Part shown: in pieces, positions 1-10,615 of the stretch
Layout of the letters: each line of letters begins with the position of its first letter
Numbering within the stretch: the first letter of the stretch is position 1
Assembly: GCF_016888765.1 (NCBI RefSeq)
Contig: NZ_CP069423.1
Span: 110,702 to 142,701 of the forward strand
Length of the DNA: 32,000 nt
Reading direction: 5' to 3'
From: Candidatus Karelsulcia muelleri
GTDB lineage: Bacteria; Bacteroidota; Bacteroidia; Flavobacteriales; Blattabacteriaceae
Translations under genes and position numbers: made by a program
Notes under the pieces: generated by a model
Told to the model about the DNA's origin: nothing
The model's input: only the letters and a program-made list of their open reading frames with translations
The model's database searches: none

Positions 1-10
1 TGGTTTAATA

Positions 11-2098
11 TCATTTTAAGGCTTTATTTGAGAATATCATTTTCCCATTTTTATTATCTACTCCCAAATATTTGACTAAGATTATATCTCCAATTTTTAA
101 AAAATATTCTAATCTATCAAATTGCTTAAAATTAATTTCAGAAATCTGTAAGAGGCTTTCTACACCTTTATAAATTTCAATAAATACTCCGAATTCTGTT
201 ATAGATTTAACTCTTGCCTTATAGATATTTCCAATTTTAGGAATAAGAGATTTTATTACTCTTACTGCTTTTTTAATTTCCTCATTTTTTTTTCCAATTA
301 CTTCAATACGTCCTAAATTATTTTTTTCCTCGATCAAAATACTTGTATTAGTTTCATGTTGAATGTCATTAATTTTTTTTCCACCATAACCTATCACCGC
401 CCCGATAAAGGATTTAGGTATAGTGAAAGCATAAATTTTTGGAGCATGAGGTTTAAGAAATATTCTAGGTTTTGGTATAGTTTTTAACATTTTGCTTAAA
501 ATAAATAATCTCCCAATTTTAGCCTTTAAAAGTATTTTTGCTAAAATTTCATTATTCAAACATTCAACTTTCACATCCATTTGACATGCAGTAATTCCTA
601 GTTTAGTCCCTGCTATTTTAAAATCCATATCTCCCCATGAATCTTCTTCTCCTAAGATATCTGATAGTACTATTTTTTCTCCAGTTGATTGATTGATAAT
701 TAAGCCCATCGCAATTCCTGCTACTGGTCTAATAATAGGTATTCCAGCATCCATCAAGGCTAAAGTACTTGCACATACGGTTGCCATAGAAGAGGACCCA
801 TTAGATTCTAAGACATCTGCTACTATTCTTACAGTATATGGATTATTACTTGGCAGTATATTCTTTAAAGCTCTTTGAGCTAAATTACCATGTCCTATTT
901 CACGACGTGAAATACCTCTAATAATTCTTATTTCTCCGGTAGAAAAAGGTGGAAAATTATAGTGTAAATAAAATTTTTGTTGAGCTGGTTCAGTTGGCTC
1001 AATTACAGCCTCGACTTTCTTAACGTCTGAAGAGGACCCTAAAGTAATGGTAGCTAAAGCTTGTGTTTCACCTCTTGTAAATAAGGCGGAACCATGAACT
1101 CCTGGTAAAAAATCCACTTGACACCAAATATCTCTTATTTTATTAAAATTACGTCCATCTATCCTTTGTTTTGTTTTAAACATTAAATCAAGAATAATTT
1201 TCTGTTTTAATTCGTTAAAATAATATTTTATTTCAGTTTCACTTGGCTGCATTTTTTGTTTTACTTTTTTTAATAAAGTTTCTAATTTGTCATTTCTTTT
1301 TTGTTTATTATAAAATTTATTATAAATTTTTGTTATATTGTATTTTATTAATTTGATTATTTTATCATTAAAAAAAAAATTAGCTGCTGTTTTATTGATT
1401 AGAGGTTTAAGTTGAATTTTTTTTCTTAATCGTTTTTGAGCTGATATTTGAGATTTAATATGTTTGTGAGCATATTTTATAGCTTTTAGAAGTTCCAATT
1501 CAGAGATTTCTTTCATTTCACCTTCTATCATAAGAATTGAACTGTTAGACCCACCTATAATTAACTCAAAACTTGAGTTTTTAAGTTGTTCTATTCCAGG
1601 ATTTAATACAAAAGAATTATTGACTCTAATTATTCTTACCATTGAAACCGGTTCTTTAAAAGGGATTTCAGAAATATATAATGCAGCAGAAGCTGCTAGG
1701 CAGGCTAAAACATCTGGTAATATATTTTTATCATAAGATAAAAGAGAAATCATAATTTGAATATCTTTATAGAAGTTTTTGGGAAAAATGGGTCGTAATA
1801 CACGATCTATAAGTCTCATCGTCATTATCTCTTCTTCTGTCGGTCGGCCTTCTCTTTTAAGATATCCACCCGGAATTTTACCTATCGCTGAATATTTTTC
1901 TCTATAATCTATAGTAAGTGGTAGAAAATTTCCACCTTCTTTTTCTTCTTTTGAAATTACTACTGTAGCCAGTAAAATTGTATTTCCCATTCTGATTAGA
2001 ACTGAACCATCGGCTTGCTTTGCTAATTGGCCCGTTTCAATATTTAGATATTTTCCATCCTTTAAAAATATTTTTTCTTTTATTAATTTTGGCAGCAT
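11..2098 (-). CDS. pnp: polyribonucleotide nucleotidyltransferase (PNPase)
   Basis: 695-aa ORF with a duplicated RNase PH-like core (e.g. RREIGHGNLAQRAL), a KH segment (VIGYGGKKINDI) and a C-terminal S1 segment (GNIYKARVKSITEFGVFIEI). TGA stop at 11-13. Sits 2 nt downstream of rpsO, the usual bacterial pairing. Confidence 0.95.
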   Translation of the reverse strand: MLPKLIKEKIFLKDGKYLNIETGQLAKQADGSVLIRMGNTILLATVVISKEEKEGGNFLPLTIDYREKYSAIGKIPGGYLKREGRPTEEEIMTMRLIDRVLRPIFPKNFYKDIQIMISLLSYDKNILPDVLACLAASAALYISEIPFKEPVSMVRIIRVNNSFVLNPGIEQLKNSSFELIIGGSNSSILMIEGEMKEISELELLKAIKYAHKHIKSQISAQKRLRKKIQLKPLINKTAANFFFNDKIIKLIKYNITKIYNKFYNKQKRNDKLETLLKKVKQKMQPSETEIKYYFNELKQKIILDLMFKTKQRIDGRNFNKIRDIWCQVDFLPGVHGSALFTRGETQALATITLGSSSDVKKVEAVIEPTEPAQQKFYLHYNFPPFSTGEIRIIRGISRREIGHGNLAQRALKNILPSNNPYTVRIVADVLESNGSSSMATVCASTLALMDAGIPIIRPVAGIAMGLIINQSTGEKIVLSDILGEEDSWGDMDFKIAGTKLGITACQMDVKVECLNNEILAKILLKAKIGRLFILSKMLKTIPKPRIFLKPHAPKIYAFTIPKSFIGAVIGYGGKKINDIQHETNTSILIEEKNNLGRIEVIGKKNEEIKKAVRVIKSLIPKIGNIYKARVKSITEFGVFIEIYKGVESLLQISEINFKQFDRLEYFLKIGDIILVKYLGVDNKNGKMIFSNKALK

Positions 2099-2100
2099 AG

Positions 2101-2271
2101 TTATTTTAGCAATGATTTAATTATTTGTTTTTTTTTAGTAAGTTTTTTAATTAAAATTCTATAAGTATTATAATCGTGTTGATTTTGTTTTAAATGATTA
2201 GTAATTATTTTTATCTTTTTATTTAAGTATAATAGTTGTGCTAGATTGGAACCAGTATCTAATTTTTTCAT
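2101..2271 (-). CDS. rpsO: 30S ribosomal protein S15, severely truncated (56 aa)
   Basis: The track ORF 2101..2406 has a non-homologous hydrophobic N-extension. S15-like sequence starts at the internal ATG at 2271. MKKLDTGSNLAQLL...HLKQNQHDYNTYRILIKKLTKKKQIIKSLLK aligns with E. coli S15 residues ~21-72 (DTGSTEVQVALL...[31 protein letters not shown]). Confidence 0.75.
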   Translation of the reverse strand: MKKLDTGSNLAQLLYLNKKIKIITNHLKQNQHDYNTYRILIKKLTKKKQIIKSLLK

Positions 2272-2290
2272 TTCTAATATTTGATTATAT

Positions 2291-2322
2291 AATAATATAA
2301 TAATATAATAATATAATAATAT
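2291..2322. repeat. 8-bp tandem repeat (aataatat) x4 plus degenerate flanking copies
   Basis: Read directly: aataatat at 2291, 2299, 2307 and 2315, followed by aatataat. Lies in the 72-nt divergent spacer between rpsO (-) and rpmE (+). Confidence 0.8.
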
Positions 2323-2343
2323 AATATAATAAATAAATATAAA

Positions 2344-2598
2344 ATGAAAAAAGGAATACATCCAAAAAATTATAGAATTGTAGTATTTCAAGATATAGCC
2401 AGCCAAAATAAAATATTTTGTAAATCAACAGTAGAAACTAAAAATGTTATAAAAATTAAAAATAAAGTTTATCCTTTATATAAAATGGAAGTTTCTAGCT
2501 TCTCGCATCCTACTTATATTGGGAAACTAAAATATATTAATAAAGCTGGTAGAATAGAAAAGTTTAATGCTAAATATAGCTCATATCAAAAAAGATAA
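2344..2598 (+). CDS. rpmE: 50S ribosomal protein L31 (type B, no CxxC pairs)
   Basis: 84-aa ORF beginning MKKGIHPKNY, the L31 N-terminal signature. Lacks the zinc-binding Cys pairs. Confidence 0.9.
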   Translation: MKKGIHPKNYRIVVFQDIASQNKIFCKSTVETKNVIKIKNKVYPLYKMEVSSFSHPTYIGKLKYINKAGRIEKFNAKYSSYQKR

Positions 2599-2602
2599 TA
2601 TG

Positions 2603-3604
2603 CTAAGGTTTGATCGAAAATTTATCGAATAAATTTCGTTCATATTTTAATTTACCAACTAGAGCAATCATAGCTGCATTATCATTTGAAAATTGTTGTG
2701 GAAAAAAAGTTTTCCAGTTATTTTCTAGAGATTTTTTGCTAAAAAATTTTTTTAATCCAAGATTTGATGAAATTCCTCCAGAAAAAACTATATTTTTTAT
2801 TCCAGTTTTTTTAACAGTTTTATTTAATTTATCAAATAATATCTCAAAAACAGTCTCTTGAAAAGAAGCACAGATATCATTAATATTTTGGGAAATAAAT
2901 TTCCTATTTGTTTTAATTTTAGTTTTCAATAAATCTAAACAATTAGTTTGTAACCCACTAAAACTAAAATTTAATTTTTTTACTTTAGGTTTCTTAAAAC
3001 CAAAGGTTTTCGAATTCCCTAATTGAGCATATTTATCTATAATTCTCCCCCCTGGATATTTAAATCCAAGTCTTTTAGCCATATTATCAAAGAGATTTCC
3101 TAAAGAAATATCGTTCGAACTCCCTAAAATTTTAAATTCTAAAAAATCTTTTACTTTTATTATATTAGTATGTCCTCCACTAATAGATAAAGAAATAAAT
3201 GGAAAATTAGGGGGAGTAGAATGTACTCCTTTAATAAAATGAGCTAGAATATGAGCTTGAATATGATTGACAGAAATTAATGGAATTTGCCAGCACAGAG
3301 CTAATGATTTTGCAAAAGCACTGCCAACTAATAAAGAACCGATTAACCCTGGGGAATTAGTAAATGCAATAGCATTAATAGTATTATTTTTAATTTTTGC
3401 CTTAAAAATAGCATTATTAACTACAGAAACTATATGCTGAAGATGCAAACTGGCAGCTAGTTCAGGGACCACTCCACCAAATTTTTGATGAATTGTTTGA
3501 GTTCTTACAATATTTGATAAAACTGTGTGGTTATTTAGAATGGCTGCACAAGTATCATCACAAGAGGTATCTATACCTAAAATAATTAAATTCTTTTTTT
3601 TCAT
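2603..3604 (-). CDS. tsaD: tRNA N6-adenosine threonylcarbamoyltransferase TsaD (Kae1/Gcp family)
   Basis: ILGIDTSCDDTCAAI, GGVVPELAA, SPGLIGSLLVG, NHIQAH (metal-binding His pair), SISGGHT and FSFSGL are collinear with E. coli TsaD. Start placed at ATG 3604 (MKKKNLIILGID) rather than the track start 3667. Confidence 0.9.
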   Translation of the reverse strand: MKKKNLIILGIDTSCDDTCAAILNNHTVLSNIVRTQTIHQKFGGVVPELAASLHLQHIVSVVNNAIFKAKIKNNTINAIAFTNSPGLIGSLLVGSAFAKSLALCWQIPLISVNHIQAHILAHFIKGVHSTPPNFPFISLSISGGHTNIIKVKDFLEFKILGSSNDISLGNLFDNMAKRLGFKYPGGRIIDKYAQLGNSKTFGFKKPKVKKLNFSFSGLQTNCLDLLKTKIKTNRKFISQNINDICASFQETVFEILFDKLNKTVKKTGIKNIVFSGGISSNLGLKKFFSKKSLENNWKTFFPQQFSNDNAAMIALVGKLKYERNLFDKFSIKP

Positions 3605-3649
3605 GGTTAAAAAAAAATGATTACTTTTGTACTTAAAGACAGTTCTATA

Positions 3650-4024
3650 ATGCCTACAATTCAACAATTAATAAAAAAAGGTAGAAAAAAAAGAAAAAAT
3701 CCAAGTAAATCTTTAGCCTTAAATCACTGTCCTCAATGTAGAGGAGTATGTCTTCGAGTATATACAACTACACCCAAAAAACCGAATTCTGCTATGAGAA
3801 AAGTTGCAAGAGTTCGTCTAAGCAATGGAAAAGAAGTAAACGCTTATATACCTGGGGAAGGACATAATCTTCAAGAACATTCAATAGTTTTGATAAGGGG
3901 AGGGCGTGTGAAGGATTTACCAGGAGTACGTTATCATATCATTAGAGGAGCTTTGGATACTTTAGGAGTTAAAGATAGAAAGAAATCCCGTTCCAAATAT
4001 GGAACCAAACAGAAAAGTAAATAA
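3650..4024 (+). CDS. rpsL: 30S ribosomal protein S12
   Basis: [13 protein letters not shown]...[20 protein letters not shown]...[17 protein letters not shown]. Start at ATG 3650; the track start 3617 is an upstream extension. Confidence 0.95.
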   Translation: MPTIQQLIKKGRKKRKNPSKSLALNHCPQCRGVCLRVYTTTPKKPNSAMRKVARVRLSNGKEVNAYIPGEGHNLQEHSIVLIRGGRVKDLPGVRYHIIRGALDTLGVKDRKKSRSKYGTKQKSK

Positions 4025-4503
4025 TGAGAAAATTAAAAAAAACAAACAGAATATACGAACCAGATCCAAAATTTAAAGAACCATTAGTTACAAGATTTGT
4101 GAATCATTTAATGAAACATGGGAAAAAAAAATTAGCATATAGAATATTTTATAATTTTCTAGATGAATTAGAAAAGATCAATAATAAGAAAAATAAGAAA
4201 AAAGGAATAAAAATTTGGAAAAAAGCTTTAAAAAATGTTACTCCACAAGTCTATATAAGAAGCAAACGAATAGGGGGGACAAAAATAAATATACCAATTA
4301 TTATACCAAAAAACTTACAATTAACTAAAGCTATTAAATTACTTATTAATAGTTCTAAAGAAAGAAAAGAAAAAGCAATGTATAAGAAATTAGCAGGAGA
4401 AACCTTAGCAGCTTACAAAAAAGAGGGAAGAGCAATAAAAAAAAAAGATAATATGCATAAAATAGCTGAATCCAATAAAGCCTTTTCACATCTAAAATTT
4501 TAA
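4024..4503 (+). CDS. rpsG: 30S ribosomal protein S7
   Basis: 159-aa ORF in the canonical str-operon position, with a PDPKF..PLVTRFVN start and C-terminal MHKIAESNKAFSHLKF. Its ATG overlaps the rpsL TAA by 1 nt. Confidence 0.93.
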   Translation: MRKLKKTNRIYEPDPKFKEPLVTRFVNHLMKHGKKKLAYRIFYNFLDELEKINNKKNKKKGIKIWKKALKNVTPQVYIRSKRIGGTKINIPIIIPKNLQLTKAIKLLINSSKERKEKAMYKKLAGETLAAYKKEGRAIKKKDNMHKIAESNKAFSHLKF

Positions 4504-4515
4504 AAACCAAACCAA

Positions 4516-6609
4516 ATGGGAACAAAGTTAAAATATACAAGAAATATTGGATTCGCAGCTCATATAGATGCGGGGAAAACTACACTAACAGAAAGAATAT
4601 TATTCTATACTGGAATAAATCATAAACTTGGAGAAGTTCATGATGGTACGGCTACTATGGATTGGATGGCACAAGAACAAGAGAGAGGAATTACTATAAC
4701 TGCTGCCGCTACACGGTGTGAATGGAAAAATAAAGATAAGCTATATAAAATTAACATTATAGATACACCAGGTCATGTGGATTTTACTGTGGAAGTTGAA
4801 AGATCGTTAAGAATATTAGATGGTTTGGTGATTTTATTTAGTGCAGTGGATGGGGTTGAACCCCAATCAGAAAATATTTGGTTACAAGCTGACAAATATA
4901 AAGTACCAAGAATTTGTTTTATTAATAAGATGGATAGGCAAGGTGCGAGTTTTTTTGAAGTTTGTGATCAAATAGAAAAAGTACTAGATACTAATTGTTT
5001 GATCTTACAAATCCCTATAGGGAATGAGGACAGTTTTCAAGGGATCGTAGATCTAATTTATAAGAAAGCATTCATATGGAATGAAATTGACTTTGGCAGA
5101 ACCTTAAAAGAAATCCCAATTCCTTCGAATTTAAGCCAATTGACGGAAGAATATCGAAACAAAATGATAGAAAGGTTAGCTGAGTATGATAGTAAACTTT
5201 TTGAGAAATACTTTGATTCAAAAAACCAAATCACTGAAGAGGAGATAATAACTACTATAAAAAAACAGACCTTAAAACTGGAAATAACTCCTGTTATTTG
5301 TGGTTCAGCTTTCAAAAATAAAGGAGTCCAATATATTTTGGATGCAATCTGCAGATTTCTACCATCACCACTAGAATGTAAAAAGATATACGGTTATAGT
5401 GTGCAGGAAAAAAAAAAACAACCGATTATTCCAAAGATTAATAAACCTTTTTCAGCTTTAGCTTTTAAAATTTCTTCTGATCCTTTTGTTGGAAAATTGA
5501 CTTTTTTTAGAGTCTATTCAGGAAAAATAAAATCTGGATCTTATGTTTTAAACAGTAGAACAAATAAGAAAGAAAGGATTTCAAGAATTTATCAAATGCA
5601 TGCTAATAAACAAAATCCTATTAATTTAATTAAAACTGGTGATATTGGAGCCGCAGTAGGGATTAAAAATATTAAAACTGGAGATACTCTCTGTGATATT
5701 AAGAATCCAATTTTTTTAGAACAGATCTTTTTCCCAGCCCCCGTGATTGGATTAGCTATTGAACCTAAATACAAATCAGATATAGATAAAATGAGTATGG
5801 CGCTATCCAAATTAATAGTAGAAGATCCATCATTCCAAATTCGGAATGATCAAACCACTGGACAAACCATAATTTCAGGAATGGGAGAGTTACATTTAGA
5901 GATTATTCTTGATAGAATTAAAAGAGAATTTAACGTTGAAGTTAATAAAGGCAAGCCACAAGTAGAATATAAAGAAATATTAACTAAAACAGTTCTTCAC
6001 AGAGAAATCTATAAAAAACAAACTGGTGGAAAAGGGAAATATGCTGATATTCTATTTCAGATTGAACCAATAAAAAAAGATTTCCAAGGGTTAAAATTTG
6101 TAAATCAAGTAAAAGGAGGAAATATTCCAACAGAATTTATTCCTTCAATAGAAAAGGGCTTTAAAGAAGCTTTAAGAAATGGGCCTTTAGCAGGATACGA
6201 AATAGAAAAAGCTAAAATTATTTTACTTGATGGATCATATCATACAGTAGATTCAGATCAACTATCTTTCGAATTAGTTAGTAAAATAGGGTTTAAAAAT
6301 GCAGCTAAAAAAGCTAAGCCATATCTTTTAGAACCTTTTATGAAGTTGGAAGTTTTTACTCATCCAAAATATATGGGTCTTATTGTTGGGGATCTGAATC
6401 GTAGGAGAGGTGTAATTCAAGGAATGGAAGATAAGCGAAAAAATGTAAAACTTATTAAAGCAGTAGTTCCACTCTCTGAAATGTTTGGGTATGTCACGGC
6501 TTTAAGGACTTTATCTTCTGGAAGAGCCACCTCAATAATGATGTTTTCTCATTATCAGAAAGCTCCTGAAAGGATTTGGAATAAAATAATATATAAAGAA
6601 ATATGTTAA
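4516..6609 (+). CDS. fusA: translation elongation factor G
   Basis: 697 aa with GTPase motifs AHIDAGKTT, DTPGHVDF and NKMD. EF-G domains II-V are collinear with the family. Confidence 0.97.
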   Translation: MGTKLKYTRNIGFAAHIDAGKTTLTERILFYTGINHKLGEVHDGTATMDWMAQEQERGITITAAATRCEWKNKDKLYKINIIDTPGHVDFTVEVERSLRILDGLVILFSAVDGVEPQSENIWLQADKYKVPRICFINKMDRQGASFFEVCDQIEKVLDTNCLILQIPIGNEDSFQGIVDLIYKKAFIWNEIDFGRTLKEIPIPSNLSQLTEEYRNKMIERLAEYDSKLFEKYFDSKNQITEEEIITTIKKQTLKLEITPVICGSAFKNKGVQYILDAICRFLPSPLECKKIYGYSVQEKKKQPIIPKINKPFSALAFKISSDPFVGKLTFFRVYSGKIKSGSYVLNSRTNKKERISRIYQMHANKQNPINLIKTGDIGAAVGIKNIKTGDTLCDIKNPIFLEQIFFPAPVIGLAIEPKYKSDIDKMSMALSKLIVEDPSFQIRNDQTTGQTIISGMGELHLEIILDRIKREFNVEVNKGKPQVEYKEILTKTVLHREIYKKQTGGKGKYADILFQIEPIKKDFQGLKFVNQVKGGNIPTEFIPSIEKGFKEALRNGPLAGYEIEKAKIILLDGSYHTVDSDQLSFELVSKIGFKNAAKKAKPYLLEPFMKLEVFTHPKYMGLIVGDLNRRRGVIQGMEDKRKNVKLIKAVVPLSEMFGYVTALRTLSSGRATSIMMFSHYQKAPERIWNKIIYKEIC

Positions 6610-6899
6610 ATTATAAAATTAAAATAAAAGCATTTGACGGATATATATTAAACCTATCAGTAATAAAAATTATGAATTACATTTCAAAGCAGAATATAAA
6701 AGTTAATGGACCAATTACCTTACCAACTAAAAAAAAAATATATACCATATTAAGATCACCACATGTGCATAAAAAATCAAGAGAACAATTTAAATGGTTC
6801 ATCCATAAAAGAGTTTTAATGGTATATAATGTAAAATCAAATTGTTTCAAACAAATTGATCTCCCTAGTGGAGTAAAATTAGAACCAAAAAAATGTTAG
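6603..6899 (+). CDS. rpsJ: 30S ribosomal protein S10
   Basis: 98 aa. KIKAFD...[28 protein letters not shown] matches the S10 core. First gene of the S10 block. Confidence 0.92.
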   Translation: MLNYKIKIKAFDGYILNLSVIKIMNYISKQNIKVNGPITLPTKKKIYTILRSPHVHKKSREQFKWFIHKRVLMVYNVKSNCFKQIDLPSGVKLEPKKC

Positions 6900-7507
6900 G
6901 GCTAATTGGAAAGAAGATAGGTATGACTAGTTATTTTAATGAGTTAGGTTACTGTATACCCTGTACAGTAATAAAAGCTGGACCCTGTACAGTATTACAA
7001 AAAAAAACTCTAAAAAAAGATGGCTATTATTCTCTTCAACTAGGGTTTGAAGAGAAAAAAAAAACTAATAAACCTTTATTAGGCCATTTTAATAAATTTA
7101 ACTCCTCTCCGAAAAAAATAATATTTGAATTTGCAGGTAATTTTTTAAATTCTCCAGGAGATATAATAAAAGTAGATTTCTTTAAAGAAAATGAGAAAGT
7201 AGACATAGTAGGAAAATCGAAAGGTAAAGGCTTTCAAGGTGTTGTCAAACGTCATGGCTTTTCCGGAGTGGGCGAAAAAACACATGGTCAACATAACCGT
7301 GCTCGTGCTCCTGGAGCTATTGGAGCTGGTTCAGATCCATCCAGAGTGTTTAAGGGAACACGAATGGCAGGGAGAATGGGTGGAAAAAGAAGCACGATAA
7401 AAAATTTAAATATTTTAAAAATAGATTTTAAAAGAAATTTATTAATAGTAAAAGGTTCAGTCCCAGGTCCCAAAAATTCTTATTTATTAATAAATAAAAT
7501 TGGATAA
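6893..7507 (+). CDS. rplC: 50S ribosomal protein L3
   Basis: [12 protein letters not shown]..., [17 protein letters not shown] and [10 protein letters not shown] signatures. Confidence 0.95.
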   Translation: MLGLIGKKIGMTSYFNELGYCIPCTVIKAGPCTVLQKKTLKKDGYYSLQLGFEEKKKTNKPLLGHFNKFNSSPKKIIFEFAGNFLNSPGDIIKVDFFKENEKVDIVGKSKGKGFQGVVKRHGFSGVGEKTHGQHNRARAPGAIGAGSDPSRVFKGTRMAGRMGGKRSTIKNLNILKIDFKRNLLIVKGSVPGPKNSYLLINKIG

Positions 7508-7509
7508 AA

Positions 7510-8157
7510 ATGGTAATAGAAATTTTAAATAAAAATGGTTTAAAAACTGGTAGAAAAATAAAATTTAATTATAATTTTATTTCCAATAATATTAATATAA
7601 AAACTAAAAACCATCTAATTTATTTAGAAATTAAAAGATTTTTAGCTGCAAAAAGACAAGGAAGTCATCAAACTAAAAGCAGGAGTCAGATTCAAGGAAG
7701 TAATAAAAAAATTCAGAAACAAAAAGGAAGTGGTAATGCTAGAAAAGGAGATATAAAAAATCCTTTATTTGTTGGCGGGGGGAGAATTTTTGGTCCAGTT
7801 AAAAGAAAGTATAATTTAAAATTAAATAAAAAGATAAAAAAAATTGCTATAAAAACTTTATTTTATTACAAACTTATAAATAAACAAATTAAAATTATTG
7901 AACCTTTTATGTTAAAACAAATTTCAAGCAAAACAATAAAGAAACTATTAAATAAATTAAATATATTTAAAAAAAAAATATTAATTATTACTAATAAGAG
8001 AGATAAAAATCTCTATTTTTCTTCTAGAAATTTTCAAAATGTAAAAATTATAAATATAAGAAATGGAATAAACAGTTATGATATAGCAAAAGCTTATTAC
8101 TTGATAATTAAAGAAAATTCAATAAAATATTTAGAAAATATGTTAAATAAGAGATAA
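7510..8157 (+). CDS. rplD: 50S ribosomal protein L4
   Basis: 215 aa. QKGSGNARKGDIKNPLFVGGGRIFGP is the L4 core. Canonical position after rplC. Confidence 0.88.
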   Translation: MVIEILNKNGLKTGRKIKFNYNFISNNINIKTKNHLIYLEIKRFLAAKRQGSHQTKSRSQIQGSNKKIQKQKGSGNARKGDIKNPLFVGGGRIFGPVKRKYNLKLNKKIKKIAIKTLFYYKLINKQIKIIEPFMLKQISSKTIKKLLNKLNIFKKKILIITNKRDKNLYFSSRNFQNVKIINIRNGINSYDIAKAYYLIIKENSIKYLENMLNKR

Positions 8158-8163
8158 AAAAAG

Positions 8164-8478
8164 GTGAGTGAAAAGAGAAGAAAATTCCTGTTTTATAAGA
8201 AGTATATAAATAAAAACTTAAGTAAAAAAATAAAACCAATTATAACTGAAAAAGCTCTATTTACCAATATATCAAATAATTATTATACTTTTATTTTTCC
8301 TATTTATTTTAATAAAAATGAAATTTCCAAATATCTACAGAGAGTTTATAGAATTAAGATAACCAAGTTACATACTAATATTTCTTCTAAAAAAAAGAGT
8401 AATAAAAGAATATTGAAAAAAACTTTTTCAGGAATAAAATTTCAACAGTTTAAAAAGGCTGTTTTTAAAGTAAAGTAA
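8164..8478 (+). CDS. rplW: 50S ribosomal protein L23
   Basis: IKPIITEKA...[26 protein letters not shown] matches the L23 core. The only canonical start is GTG at 8164, which gives a ~20-aa Lys-rich N-extension. Confidence 0.8.
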   Translation: MSEKRRKFLFYKKYINKNLSKKIKPIITEKALFTNISNNYYTFIFPIYFNKNEISKYLQRVYRIKITKLHTNISSKKKSNKRILKKTFSGIKFQQFKKAVFKVK

Positions 8479-8479
8479 A

Positions 8480-9307
8480 ATGCCACTTAAGATAAAGAAA
8501 CCCATTACGCCAAGTCAAAGGTTTCAGATATTAAATAAATTTTCTGAAATAACTAAAACCAAACCAGAGAAATCTCTGGTTTTTGGGCTTTCGAAAAAAG
8601 GAGGAAGAAATAATACTGGAAAAATTACGATGAAATATATCGGAGGAGGACATAAAAAAAAATATAGAATAATAGATTTTAAAAGAAAAAAAAGGGGAAT
8701 TCCTGCTATAGTTAAATCTATAGAATATGATCCCAATAGATCTTGTTTTATTTCACTGCTACATTATATAGATGGTGAAAAAAAGTATATTTTATCTATT
8801 AAAGGACTTACAGTTGGACAAAAAATATTATCTGATGAAATTACGGAACCCAAAATAGGAAATGCGATGTTATTAAAAAATATCCCTTTAGGAAGTATTA
8901 TTTGCTGTATTGAATTATGCCCTAATGGGGGCGCTGCCTTAGCTCGTAGTGCTGGAACAGCTGTACAATTAATTGCGAAAACAGAAAAATATTGTACTTT
9001 GAAATTACCATCAGGTGAAACCCGAATGGTATTATCTAATTGTCTGGCAACTCTTGGTTCAGTCTCAAATCAAGATCATAAATTAGTAATTTCAGGAAAA
9101 GCTGGAAGAAATCGTAGATTAGGAAAAAGACCAAGAACAAGAGGAGTAGCTATGAATCCTGTGGATCATCCAATGGGTGGCGGAGAAGGCAAGGCCTCAG
9201 GTGGCCATCCAAGAAATCGAAATGGAATTCCTGCCCATGGTTTTAAAACACGTAAGAAAAAAAAACAATCAAATAAATATATTATAATAAAAAAAAAAAA
9301 GAAGTAA
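8480..9307 (+). CDS. rplB: 50S ribosomal protein L2
   Basis: 275 aa. [37 protein letters not shown] and GHPRNRNG. Poly-Lys tail encoded by an A12 run (9289-9300). Confidence 0.96.
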   Translation: MPLKIKKPITPSQRFQILNKFSEITKTKPEKSLVFGLSKKGGRNNTGKITMKYIGGGHKKKYRIIDFKRKKRGIPAIVKSIEYDPNRSCFISLLHYIDGEKKYILSIKGLTVGQKILSDEITEPKIGNAMLLKNIPLGSIICCIELCPNGGAALARSAGTAVQLIAKTEKYCTLKLPSGETRMVLSNCLATLGSVSNQDHKLVISGKAGRNRRLGKRPRTRGVAMNPVDHPMGGGEGKASGGHPRNRNGIPAHGFKTRKKKKQSNKYIIIKKKKK

Positions 9308-9315
9308 TAATAATT

Positions 9316-9606
9316 ATGCCACGTTCTTTGAAAAAAGGGCCATTTATTAATTACAAATTGATTAAAAAAATAGTAATTAATAATAGATTAAAGACAAGGA
9401 AAATAATAAAAACTTGGTCAAGAGCTTCAACAATAACTCCAGAATTTATAGGCAATTCAATTGCAGTTCATAATGGGAACAAATTCCTGACAATTTATAT
9501 TTCAGAAAATATGGTAGGACATAAATTAGGAGAATTTTCTCCTACTCGAAATTTTCGTAGTCATTCTGGAGCTAAAAAAATAACACCTACTCGAAATAAA
9601 AAGTAA
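9316..9606 (+). CDS. rpsS: 30S ribosomal protein S19
   Basis: [11 protein letters not shown]...[23 protein letters not shown]. Confidence 0.95.
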   Translation: MPRSLKKGPFINYKLIKKIVINNRLKTRKIIKTWSRASTITPEFIGNSIAVHNGNKFLTIYISENMVGHKLGEFSPTRNFRSHSGAKKITPTRNKK

Positions 9607-9965
9607 TGTTTCAAAACAACAAATTATATTTCTATTATAAATCTAATAATATTAATTATTCAAAAATTAAACTGATAAAATTACTTAATATTATTAAGTC
9701 GAAAAATATTGAATATATAATGAATTTATTGGGAAATTTTAAAACCAAAGGAGCCCTCATTTTAAAAGAGATAATTTTGAATGCTTCTAAGCATTTTAGT
9801 AGACAGATAGAATCCCAAACACAAAATGTATATATAAAAAATATTCTAATTAACAAAAGCATAAGTTTTAAAAAACTGAGGGCAGCGCCACAAGGCAGAG
9901 CCAATCAAATAAAAAAACAATTTTTTAAAATTATTTTGATACTTAAAAAATGGGACAAAAGGTAA
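9606..9965 (+). CDS. rplV: 50S ribosomal protein L22 (divergent)
   Basis: Canonical position. The C-terminal [22 protein letters not shown] matches L22 MPRAKGRA..I.K...HI.V. The N-terminus is weakly conserved. Confidence 0.8.
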   Translation: MFQNNKLYFYYKSNNINYSKIKLIKLLNIIKSKNIEYIMNLLGNFKTKGALILKEIILNASKHFSRQIESQTQNVYIKNILINKSISFKKLRAAPQGRANQIKKQFFKIILILKKWDKR

Positions 9966-10612
9966 ATCCGATAGCCAATAGGCTAGGAATCTCAACTTGC
10001 TGGAAATCAATATGGTATAGTGAAAAGTTTAATCAGCTGAAAGAAGATTTAGAAATACGAAAATATCTAAATATAAGATTAGCAAAATCTTCTTTATCAT
10101 ATATATATATAGAACGAAAAAAGTATAAAATTTTTCTTACAATTTCCTCTTCAAGACCTGCAATAATCATTGGAAAAGGCGGCAGTGAAATAGAAAAATT
10201 AAAAACAGAACTTAAGAAAATTACTAAGAAAAAAATAAATATTAATATACTAGAAGTAAAGATCCCAGAATTAGATGCTCTTTTAATTGCAAAAAACCTT
10301 GCCAATCAAATTGAAAATCGTCTCCCTTACAAAAAAGCTATAAAATTCGCTATTTATTCTGCCTTACGTCAAAAGGTAGAAGGGATCAAAATTAAAATTT
10401 CTGGTCGTTTAAATGGAACTGAAATGGCACGTACTGAATTTTATAAAGAAGGCAGAATTCCTTTTTCGACTTTTAGAGCTAACATAGATTATGCCACTTC
10501 TGAAGCTCAGACTCCTTATGGAAAAATAGGTATAAAAGTATGGATTATGAAAGGAGTAGTATATAATAAAAAAGACTTATATCTCTTAAGACCTAAACAG
10601 AACAAACTGTAA
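9950..10612 (+). CDS. rpsC: 30S ribosomal protein S3
   Basis: [14 protein letters not shown]..., a KH segment ([14 protein letters not shown]) and [19 protein letters not shown]. Confidence 0.95.
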   Translation: MGQKVNPIANRLGISTCWKSIWYSEKFNQLKEDLEIRKYLNIRLAKSSLSYIYIERKKYKIFLTISSSRPAIIIGKGGSEIEKLKTELKKITKKKININILEVKIPELDALLIAKNLANQIENRLPYKKAIKFAIYSALRQKVEGIKIKISGRLNGTEMARTEFYKEGRIPFSTFRANIDYATSEAQTPYGKIGIKVWIMKGVVYNKKDLYLLRPKQNKL

Positions 10613-10615
10613 GTC

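Noticed and set aside
2272-2406. N-terminal extensions suggested by the longest-ORF track. These are rpsO to 2406, tsaD to 3667, rpsL from 3617, rpsN from 12487 and rpsD from 16057.
   Set aside because: The extensions are non-homologous and overlap the neighbouring gene or spacer. In each case an internal ATG coincides exactly with the conserved family N-terminus.
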